Below, one piece after another: positions 1-10,154 of a DNA stretch of 64,000 nt (within the stretch, counting starts at the first letter, position 1; the number at the start of each line of letters is the position of its first letter). Both the position numbers and the translations under genes were made by a program. Under the pieces are notes generated by a model. It was not told the DNA's origin, did not search any database, and saw only the letters and a program-made list of their open reading frames with translations. Origin of the DNA: Microbotryum violaceum (Eukaryota); NCBI GenBank assembly GCA_001244265.2, contig CDLV01000018.1, positions 248,001 to 312,000 on the forward strand, in the 5' to 3' direction.

Positions 1-1234
1 TTCTGAAAATTCTGGCCCTCACAGTTCCCGAGTCCCTGATATCGTCACAATTGGAAGCGGCAGTTGACATGCTCACACAGGAAGCGATCGGCTACTCCGC
101 ATCGTCGTCCAACTTTTTGTACCAGCAGCAAGCTCCACCTACCACGGGAGGGCTCATCGATGGTCGTGCGCCGAAACCTTACCTCGAGAAACTGCGCGAG
201 CTGTTCGGCAACGGCATGCCCGCAGAACACTTTTACCTCTTACGAGGTTTGTCGTAGGTGTTACTGTAGGCCGTTTCGCCTCTTGTGTAGCGAAGCTGAC
301 GCACTTCGGAATCGTACCCAGGTACCACTTGGCTCGCTTGTCGTCATACTCGTCGACAAACAAAATGACGCTCAGCAATCTGCGACTGATACTCTCCCCG
401 ACGTTTCGACTCTCTCCCGTTTTTGTGCAAGTACTCGTCGAGGACCGCGAGATCATCTTTGGTCGCATGAATGAGGATGCCCGACTGCGCGACCAAGGCT
501 TCGTTTCGCCGACGATTCAGTCGCCCATCCTCGGTCCGGCCCACTCGCCGACGTCACCTCCTCTCCTGTCCTCTCCTAAGATGGAGCATACCGGTACGTC
601 GTGGCTATATTACCGAAGCTCTCGTCGAGCGTTGCTAATTCGGTCCCTTTCTCTGCACACAGAATCATCACAGCCCCACGCTCACAGGTCCTCTTCGCCT
701 TCGTCGACCCCACCGACTTCCCCATTTTTTTCCGCTGAGCCCATTTTCGCTGCTCCCACTCCACCGACCCTGCCTTTCCGGACACCGATAGCAGAGCGAT
801 TCGCTCAATATAGAGTCTTACCAATGCCCGAGGAAGCCTCGTCGGTGCCTTCGCCCAAAGCCGTGTCGTGCGACTTACCAAGCTTAACGCCGAACGGCTT
901 CTCCTCCGGACCGGCGTTTAACTCTTCCAATCCCGCATTCCTCCCCAGTCGGAACGTCGTCAATGGCGGTGGCTTCTTCGGTGGTAGCAGAGATAAGGGG
1001 CATAGCGCCTCGCTCTCGAGTGGCGGCGCGTCGACGAGAAAGAACTCGACCGATTCGGGCCGATCGAACGGCTCGTCGATTGTCTCGAGATCCGATACGA
1101 GCGAGGGCAAGACGCAGGACTTTCAACTGAATCTTCCTCAGGGATTCGGCTTGGGCCTTTCTGTACCGTCGGTTTCCTCAGGAAAGGATGACGAGGATCC
1201 TTGGGGCTTGATGCGCTCGGTCGAAAAAACGTGA
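1..1234 (+). CDS. RhoGAP-domain protein, 3' part (5' end outside window), Ser/Pro-rich C-terminal tail
   Basis: Spliced reading ...EHFYLLRGL / YHLARLSSYSSTNKMTLSNLRLILSPTF matches the RhoGAP C-terminal HL..V.....NKM..NL..(V/I)..PT signature. Introns at about 253-321 and 594-662; stop at 1234. Confidence 0.65.
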
Positions 1235-1777
1235 TTCCCACTATGCCTCAGTCCCTTCAAGCCTATCTCGCGCTCATGCATACTGTGGCGGAATACTTAA
1301 AGGACCCCACTTATTCCTCTTGACTTCATTGTTCCTTTATCCATCCGTAACATCAGTCTTCGCTCTCACTCGCATCTATTTGTTTGTTTGTCTTCCGCTC
1401 GTCTCGCCATCGTCCTTCGCTCGCATCACGTAGTCAACCCTCAATACCCCCTCCACCTTCTTTTTTTATGGATTCCAATAACAGTATAATTGCATTCTTA
1501 CCTAGAAACCTTTGGAAAAGTCGGACGGATACCCCTCTCAACTATTGTCAGAAGTGGAGTCTGTGAGCCTAATAGTTCATTGCTAACAGTCTTGGTTATC
1601 CTTATTCTGCGCGCGCTCCTATCTCTGTCTTTGCGTCTTCTGTCCTTTTGGGTTCCTCCTCCACGCTATTCTCATCATCTCACTCGTGTATCCCGGAGCT
1701 GATTCGTGGAGTACCTCTTAGTCCCTGCCCGTCAAAGGTTATAAGCTCAGCGAGCGAATCCGACTTCCCTATCGGGT

Positions 1778-2040
1778 CAGGCAATCGCTTGTACCTTAAG
1801 GACACTCAAGGGTACAAGAGCCTGGTCACAATGTGCGTTCATCAACCCTCGAGCTGACAAGTTATGTATGCTGTCAACCAATCTATCGACTCCCTTACCG
1901 CGGACTATCCCACGCTCATCACCGCCAGGCTGCAACTTTGCGTTCGTCGCGGCCGTCGAACCAGACACCCCCGGCTCGAAGGTTAATATGTGACCAGCTC
2001 TTGTACCCTTGAGTGTCCTTGAGGTACAGGCGATTGCCCG
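1778..2040. mobile_element. MITE-like non-coding element with ~52-bp terminal inverted repeats
   Basis: 1778-1830 CAGGCAATCGCTTGTACCTTAAGGACACTCAAGGGTACAAGAGCCTGGTCACA is the near-perfect reverse complement of 1989-2040. No coding capacity; no TSD recognised. Confidence 0.6.
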
Positions 2041-2682
2041 TCTTAGGCCTTGTCCGTCAAACCTATCTCTCATATCTCTTATCTCCTTATGATCAGGTAA
2101 GACATGCTTTCAGCGTCTTTCTTAGCGGGATGGAGCGATGATAGTACGCTTTCACCCATAGCCTACGCACGATTTGGAATTGCAATGAGCTGGCTGCTTG
2201 TCAGGTAGTCCTTGAGTATTCGTGATGGATGATGGGAAGTCTTTTGAGGCCAATGGAAGCAACCTAAAAGGTCGTAGTGCTCACTTGATACTGCCTTTAG
2301 TATATTTGGGACCAGAGAGAGGTGTGCGGCGAGGAGACACAGACGGGTCCGAGAAGGGTCGAGTGCATGTTTCGAGCGTTCATCGTCACTAAGATAGGCT
2401 CAGGGATGGGAAACGAATGAGGATTGCAGAACAAAGCCGAAGCGAATAAAAGCGGGCGCGATTTCTCCACACGAGCGAGGGAAGATTGAAAAGATGTCGA
2501 GGAGCACTGTGCATAAAGAATGTTTTTGAGACGGGAGCGTTGGAACGAGATGGACTTGCGCCGATGGTTCGGGGTGGATCGAGCAGCCGGGTAGTCGCGA
2601 GCCATAGAGTGGTGACCCGCAACCTTGTTGGGGCCGATCAGGGAATTTGGATGCTGTTGAGAAACAATATGGCCCAAAGAGA

Positions 2683-3473
2683 TCAATTGCCGAAACTACG
2701 AGTCCTCAATGAAGCGTCAGCCCAAGTAAAGCTCACATCGTGACAGGCAAAGCTTGCAACGCTTTGAACGTCTGCAGAGGAATTGGCAGTACGAGCAACC
2801 CTTGGTCAGTTTCAGCTACAATACAAATAATCCGATCCACCAGCTGACTGCTCGCAAGTTGACTGACAAAGACGCCCAAGTTACCATGGGGATTGATCGT
2901 ACCATTGCTGTACTTCTTGCGACCGGTGCACGACTGCAAACTCAGCAATGCCGTCAGTGTGATCCGACATCCTTTGAAAGTAGTGAAGGAAGATTTGACG
3001 ACAAGGTGCTTACGGCGATGAATTGAGCGGTGCCTTATGCTCATTCAAATGCCCAGTGATCAGTTCGGTTTCGGTCCCCTTGTGCAGTCGTCACTGGATG
3101 CACGACGGACAGGAGAGGGTTGCCCGGCCTTCCGCCAACCAAGACTCACCGTTAACTCCGGGGTTGAGCTGCCTGCAGCTGGTCCCATGGTGGGACCCAT
3201 TCGATTCGTTGATTACGATGCATGCCGATCGAAGGGCCGAGCAGAAGTCCCCCACGGCCTCGAAATGGCCTGTTCCTCCGACCTTGAAGCCAACGACAGG
3301 GTCGGTGCTGAAGTCGCCAGCTGCACAGCGCCACGTCCAGCCTTCAGTATGCCTATGTTCGCCGCAGGGCTCGGGTTTAGAATCTCGTTACCGGACTCAC
3401 CGCCGTATACGGTGCCTGCGATGACTGAAGAAGCCATGGCAGCAAAGACGAGAGCTGAGCTTGCATATCGCAT
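2683..3473 (-). CDS. Small secreted Cys-rich protein, paralog A of the local HH-motif family (6 exons)
   Basis: Manual splice model: MRYASSALVFAAMASSVIAGTVYG|AGDFSTDPVVGFKVGGTGHFEAVGDFCSALRSACIVINESNGSHHGTSCRQLNPGVN|GTAQFIA|SCTGRKKYSNGTINPHGNLGVF|TFKALQALPVT|IFGN*. Signal-peptide-like N-terminus, GT-AG introns, aligns with both neighbours. Confidence 0.75.
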
Positions 3474-4084
3474 CTTGATCCTGGTTGTCTCAGTGCAAGT
3501 GGGTTGACGAAAGGGGCGGAGGGAGAAAACGCCGTGGCTGCGCGACTTCGTCAACAACGTGAGTCTTGCGACCTCCCAGGAAATTCCCAAGGTCCCACAG
3601 TCCGCGTCAAACTGGCTGGCATGGGAAAGGAGACCCTCGAATCGACTAAATAAAGCGCGTGGGACCAGCGACTCAAACAGTGTCTCAGGGGCAGGCGCCT
3701 GGCGCCTGACGCGTGACGCCTGACATCGCTAGACACTTAAAGAGTGCTGCCAGACAATCTTCACTATTATGGTCCTGAGTTCACTTTACGAATGAATTAC
3801 GAAAGAATAATCAAGGGTCTTGCTCATAAATAAAAGTGCGGTCTATACCTGGCTCGCACATGGCAGGTCATCGTTGAAGGGGCTAATTAATTACAGTCCC
3901 TTAGCATGGAATAACGAGCAGTAGCTGCGACACACAAGCAAGGGTATACATTCATTATTAATCGCTCAACAATAGATGAGGAAAAGTCAACAATAAAAGG
4001 AGAAATAGTTTGATACAGATCGATCGAGCCGGGACCCCTTCGTCGTCGTCATCGCCGAGTATCGGCTTTGAGCCGGGACCCAAA

Positions 4085-4899
4085 TCAACAGACGACAGCC
4101 GAGTGCTTCTTCTTGAACTTCAGGCACGCCGTCTTGCCCATAGGTTGTCCTTCGATCATTGCGTGGATTTTCTTGACGGCCTCCGGGGTCTTTGGTGAGA
4201 ACGTCAATCAGAATGCGGTGGCAGGGCGATCCCAATTGTCAGCTGACGGAGAAATCGAAACGAGTTTCAGAATTTGACAAAGCTCTCGACTTACATGATC
4301 GAACACCGGTTGGCCTCTGGTCCAACCACCGGTAGGATTCTTGGCGATCCCGCCACAGAACGCATGGATTCGGGGACCTTTTTGGGGAAAGACGCTGTTG
4401 CACCAAGAAGGAGGAGGCGGTCCGTAGTCAGCAAGCGAGGATCTCCAGGCTTTCTGAAGGAGTGCAACTCACCAATCGAGTTGGTGATGTTCATTTTTGG
4501 GCCCAGCAATTTCGACACACTTTGAATCAAAACGAAGAGGGATTTATTACGCGTCAGCATGTTACCGCATGCACGCGACTGCCCACCGATCGGGCCCCGA
4601 AGTCTCTGGCCTCGAACGCGGTGCCTGAACAAACACTGAACTCACGACTACACGGAAGGCGCGACAGAAATCTTCGGTTCTGTTGAAGAGGGTTGGGCTG
4701 TAGGCTACGATGTAGTCGCGTGTGAAGTTGAGATCTATGAGTGGTACGCATCTCTCAGTGCAAATTCCGGCCCCAAAATACACCGCCGCCGGCAACCTCA
4801 ATCTCCAAGCGGGCGCGTGGACTGACTTCCCTGACTCATGACGGCGAACGCGACCGAAGCGAGCGAGCACAAGACGATGAACGTCGACTGGAAGTACAT
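4085..4899 (-). CDS. Small secreted Cys-rich protein, paralog B of the local HH-motif family (5 exons)
   Basis: Manual splice model: MYFQSTFIVLCSLASVAFAVMSQG|NLNFTRDYIVAYSPTLFNRTEDFCRAFRVV|CVEIAGPKNEHHQLD|CVFPQKGPRIHAFCGGIAKNPTGGWTRGQPVFDH|TPEAVKKIHAMIEGQPMGKTACLKFKKKHSAVVC*. Canonical donors and acceptors; six Cys in the mature region. Confidence 0.85.
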
Positions 4900-5481
4900 G
4901 ATGTCTGATAGGCGAAAGCAAGAAGACGATCAAACCAAACGAGTGTGAACGGGGAAGCTGCGGCAACAAAGTGATTTGGGAAAGAATGAAACCCGTAGTG
5001 TAGAACAATGACAGTGCGTATGACGGCCGGGGCCCGAGCGATCGAGCGTCGCTTCCACGACGGAGAGCGAGGCCCCTGCGTCTCCGGACGTCTGTTGCGC
5101 GGACCTTCTCCGACCGCGTAGCCGCGTAACAGGCTCTGTGCGCAGGCGAGCAGGGATCATTTGGGCTCGTCGCCGATCGATAGAGCATCCTTTTTCATTG
5201 ATCATGCTCCACGTGTGTGATCGATTCCAAGTGGGGGTTTCCTGAAGAGGAAAAGTATTGCGACGAACGAAACCCCTAAATAATACCCAATTGCGATCCC
5301 TTGCGGAAGAGATAGATATAGAAAAGCGAGTGAAAATTGAGAACATGGCAGAATGGGGAGCAAGCACCCATTCGAGCGTCTTTATGAGAATCTAAATCTG
5401 ATGCAAAATTCGTATGAGAGAATTCAAATGAGTGTGGTGGGGTCAAAGAAAGCCAGGCAAGAGGCGCGAGTGATGAGGTGT

Positions 5482-7123
5482 TTAGAAAGCAATGCCGCCG
5501 AGCAAAGTGTCGACCGAGTCGGGAGGCTGCACTTGACCATTCATCAAAAAATCGTCCACCGTATCGTCCACCGTAACTTGTACTCGCTTGAATCCACCTT
5601 TCCGACCGTTCCGATGTTTCCGACCTTTCCTGCCATGTCCGCCTGTCAATGGAGTGGTCGGGCGCGAGACGGGGACAAGAGTAGGACCGGGGCCAGGAAG
5701 AGTAGGACCGGGGCCAGGAGGAGTAGTACCGGGGCCAGGAATAGTACTGGGGCCAGGAATAGTACTGGGGCCAGGAAGTGTAGTACCGGGGCCAGGAGTA
5801 GTACCGGGGCCGGGAATAGTACTGGGGCCAGGAAGTGTAGTACCGGGGCCAGGAGGAGTAGTACCGGGGCCGGGAATAGTACTGGGGCCAGGAAGTGTAG
5901 TACCGGGGCCAGGAGGAGTAGTACCGGGGCCAGGAATAGTACTGGGGCCAGGAAGAGTAGTACCGGGGACGAGCCCGGTTGAGTCCGGGACGTGGGAAGC
6001 CGCATCGGCATCACGGGTTTCGGGCGTCGGCTTGGTCGGGGGGGGGTACGCGGGTGCGTACGGCTTACCATCGGGACCACTTACAATGCGAGCGTTACCG
6101 AGAAACAGAGTGTTATTCATAGCGAGGTCCATCTGAGAAGTCGGAAATTGCGGTACATCAGTGACGGCAGAAGCGGCACGTGTCGTAACTTGAGGCCACA
6201 GCTGCAAAAGACTCACGAGATCAGTTACAGGGCCATGGTTGTCCCATGTGCCGTCTTGTGGGATGATCAAAGGGTTAAAGGGGATGTCAGCAACGCTGGA
6301 TCCAGATACGTCGACGGGTTTGAGGGAGTCCATATTTCAGCTCCTGTGTTTTACCTCGCCTCTTGAGCCGACCACCGCAGTTCGCATAAACCCAAGGCGT
6401 AGAGATATCGGTAGTGTTGGTGTCCTGATAAGGAATGAGCTGAAGGATTCATTTCGAAGCGGGAGAAGGAAGCACTCTCACTCGGGTCAGTCCTCTGAAC
6501 GGTGGGCCGGCGGTGGCAGGGACCTCCTTCGACCTCATTCCTACTTTAGACGCGACCGTCTTCTGACGATTACTCACCGACAGTGCATGATGGGAATTTT
6601 TTTGAATGGCTGCAGCCACGCACGCCTGGTGGAAATTCGTCCCTGGATGATCGGGAAATCAAGTGGAAGATTGGAGCCAGGTCAGCTTCGTGCCTCGTGA
6701 TGGACGTGGCCAGTCGTTTCCGAGACATCGAACTAAACTGACCGAAATGTTTGACGGCTCCCGTTTCAGGCGTCCCGTAGGCTTTTGTGTCATATTCGAC
6801 CAGATAGAGGGCTTCGAGGGTCGCATCTGAGTGAGATTACAATCCTCGAAACGGACATCGAACGAGTCGGAGGATAGGAGAAAGGGGAAGGTGGAAATAG
6901 GAGGGAGTCTTCGCATTCGTTAGCGCTTCGCAGGCTTGATCGGTGGCGGTGGCACAGCCTCCACAACGGAGCACCGAATGTTGGGCCGAACATTCAGGAC
7001 TTGCTCCGTCAGGGATCTGAGAGTATTCGTGGGCAACGCACTAGCTGTTTTGATCAAAGCTTGGACACCCGTGCTTCCAAGAAAGGCGACGAGGGCGAAG
7101 GGCAGAACGGTGACGAGGTGCAT
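5482..7123 (-). CDS. Secreted protein, paralog C of the HH-motif family, with a C-terminal Pro-Gly-Thr repeat stalk and basic tail
   Basis: Manual splice model: MHLVTVLPFALVAFLGSTGVQALIKTA|NATLEALYLVEYDTKAYGTPETGAVKHF|GTNFHQACVAAAIQKNSHHALS|LIPYQDTNTTDISTPWVYANCGGRLKRR|DGTWDNHGPVTDL|MDLAMNNTLFLGNARIVSGPDGKPY...(PGPGTT/PGPSTI)n...GRKGRKHRNGRKGG...LLGGIAF*. Confidence 0.8.
5680..5968. repeat. Coding minisatellite (18-21-bp units, AGTAGTACCGGGGCCAGG-like) encoding PGPGTT/PGPSTI repeats
   Basis: Directly visible tandem array with a higher-order 60-bp periodicity; in frame in ORF 5482..6333. Confidence 0.95.
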
Positions 7124-7519
7124 GTTGGGCGGTGCGTAGAGGAGAGAGGCCGAGGGATCGCTCTTGGACTCGACGCGACAGGCGAGTGATGGAGGGGTTG
7201 CGTAGGTTTGGAGTTAGAGCGAGAGGGAGGAGCGGAGAGGTTGAGGTAGGTGGGGGGATGAGGGCAAAGGGTAACTCTGGTACTACTCTGGTAGCATTTG
7301 GTTGCTAAGACGTCTCCTGAGTCGCTCGATTCTCGATTAGGGGCCGGGCCGAGGGTGCCACCAGCGGCGATTTTGAAACGAGGCCTGTGCGTCGCCGAAC
7401 GGGGTAATTTAGGCCGGCACAATCTCAAAATCTCAAATTACCGTCCAACCCAAAAAGAAACAAAAAGTGCCAACTCCCAAATCAAAATTATGTACTAGAT
7501 AGCCCTCTTCGAACTTTCG

Positions 7520-9878
7520 TCACATGATCAAACAATCCTTACCGGTCTTCGCCTTCTTCGCCTTGGCTTCCTTCTTCCCTCCCGCCTGCGCAGACTGGGC
7601 AGTTGGAGCTTGAACATTCGATGATGATTGTCCATGGGCTCGGTGCTGCTGCTGGTGCTGGTATTGTTGTTGTTGTTGTTCATCCTCCCATTCCCGCCTC
7701 TGCATCTCCCTCACCCTCCTCTCATCATCCTCAACCCTCCACCTCTCTTCTTCAAACTGTAACTGTCGAGCCAAATCCTCGTCATGATTGATCCTCACGG
7801 TCCGTCCTTCCTGCCCTCCTTCTACTGACCCACTCCCACCCATCCCCCCCTCTCCACGAGGCATACTCGAAGCACCCTTCCTCCCTCCACCCCCACCCGA
7901 CCCAGAGCCTACATAATCCCCTTCTCTCAGCATACTTTTTCTTAAATCCCCATCGTAAAACTCCGATGCACTCCCATCCACATCCTCCAATGATTCCCAC
8001 ACAATCTCTGGTTCGTGAACAAAGGCCGAATCAGTGACGAGGGTGAAGGGGCGGGGGAGGGGGCGGTGCGTGGGGTCTGGGGTGGGTGTGTCGGGTGTGC
8101 CGGGTCTTCGATAAAGGACTGAAACATGCGAGTTGCGGAAAAGGGTCGAGAGCGAGGACGTGGAGAGGGAGGAAGAGAGGAGCATTAGACCGTGGTAGGT
8201 GAGTTGAGTCGAAGTGGAGGAGAGGAAGGCGTGCAGAATGTGAGCTATGGGTAGAGAGTTTGACAACGCTCATTGATCAGATTCAAGTTGGTCTGTTTAA
8301 AACACTCGGACACCCTACCTACCTTCCCTGACAGCCTTGGCCTCCCCAACAGTCCATTTTGAGCTCCTCTCCACCGCCTTCACAACCTCATCCACATCCT
8401 GCGTCCTCATCTCCCCCTCCAATTGCCCACCACTCAATTCCCTTCCTCGAACGATTTTCTCCACGACCGAGTCATAATCCTCCCCATTCTCAACAACGAT
8501 ATTCCACGTTTCGCCCGAGCGTTCGTCGGGATCTACACACCAGCCGTGTAAGAGGGGTATCTCGAAGGCTTTGAAGAGCGATACGGCGGGGGAAGGGGTA
8601 AAGCCGTCGATGGAGCCGAAACGGGGATTTAGGTCCAGGCCGTAGCGTGTTGAAGGTAGGGTAGAGAGGGCAGAACTGATGGAGGCGGAGAACCCTTCGG
8701 TGTTGCTGCGCTGGAGAAGGTGGTCGGCGAGAATGGAGGAGAGGTCCGAATAGGACACTCGGTCGAGGTGGGAGGGTAAGCTGATCGAGTGGCGTAGTAA
8801 CAAGACATTGCCTGTCAAAGAGAACGAATTCGTCAATATGCTGTGCAGTATCACGCCGAGGCAAACAGCAGAGGCACGCCGCACATAGGGCAATAAAGGA
8901 ACACGGCCCGTTGAGATTTTGGCAGATAATCTTGATTGTTTGCAGGTTGGACGACGACTCATATCCTGAAGGGGTCGGGGGGAGTGGTGGCCAGACGATC
9001 GTCTTGAGAAGCCACTGTTCTTCTTGCTCTTGGTCTTGATGGGACGCTCGATTCGGCTGCGAGGTCTCGATCGGCGCCGCGGGGGTAATGCTGGTCGAGG
9101 TAGATGCGACAGGGGGCAGAGAGGATGTTGCGATGCGAGGAATGACAGATGGCTCGATTGCTGCTGCTGCTCCTACTCCTGCTCCTGCTTCTGCTCCTGG
9201 TGCTACGTGTCGCTCCGAGAACTCGGTCGAGGAAGTCGGTAGATCTGCAACAGATTGCACAGAGCTTGAAGGATCGGGAATACTACTTGGTGTACCGGCC
9301 GATGTCGGCTCATCGTCCGTCGTTTGGGGCGGCGAGGGCAGCTCGTCTTGGCATGTGGGGCTGGTCGCCGCAACTGCCCTAGGCCCTGTCTCAGTCGACT
9401 GCGATAGCGATTGCGGAGCATCCAAGGCGACGATGCTAGCGCGGTATGATTCTTCAGGGTAAGGTTGGGAAGCGATGGCCTGGTGAGCTCGAGCATTCAA
9501 CTCGTGTGTCGGCGCTGTAGCTGTAGCAGTCTCCACCGTGTGCGTGATCGGTGGGGCGGGCACGGGCGGCGGTGCTGCTTCTGAAGCCGTCGCTGGACGA
9601 GGCTCTAGAGCAGGTACAGCCGCAGCAGAGGCACCCTCTATGGACGTGTTAGGATCAGATCGTGCCGTCGTCTCCGTATGTACGGCCGCGAGTTGTGCGG
9701 CGATAGCTCCCAACTCTGAGTCACTGGGCATGTCACGTGCTGACGGGGGAGATGACGATGATGTCGACGACGGAGGCGGCGGAGCAGCTGTTGAAGCAGC
9801 AGGGGTTGAGGCGGATGGGGACGAGGCTGTTGGGAAAGTGTCTGGAGTTGGATCTGATTCGCTAGTCATGTTGAGCAT
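7520..9878 (-). CDS. MINDY-family deubiquitinase (MINDY1/2, Miy1-like) with MIU motif and C-terminal CaaX
   Basis: IICQNLNGPCSFIALC-NVLLLR (catalytic Cys), QLTYHGL, LFRNSHVSVLY (catalytic His), LVTD..FV.EPEIVWESLEDVDG, MIU-like DEDLARQLQFEE, and a KKAKTGKDCLIM* end. Start could be 9878 or 9869. Confidence 0.9.
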
Positions 9879-10154
9879 TGAGTAAGGTGCTTGGGATGCA
9901 CCGAGAACGGCGTGACGTGTGTGACGAGCGTTCTGAGAAAGAGAAGGAGCTTGGTCGGAGGCAGAGATAGCCGAGCCAACCACGCCGCAGGAGACCGCGG
10001 ATTACAAATGCGAAATATGTACATAGGGCGAATAGTGCGAAATGCATTCCCGGCGCGTCGCGTCGCGTCGCGCGCTTGATGCACGTCGGAAACGTTCAAC
10101 TCCTACCCCACACTTGGGTGCAGGCTACATCTCACCTCGCAGGACGCACCAAAG

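Noticed and set aside
5680-5968. Repeat array considered as CRISPR-like or collagen
   Set aside because: No unique spacers and a eukaryotic context; Gly is not at every third residue.
5353-6136. Long plus-strand ORFs (STGARK / VVPGPG repeats) and minus-strand ORF 5646..6080 (LAPVL repeats)
   Set aside because: Alternative frames of the coding minisatellite of paralog C; they are stop-free only because of the repeat.
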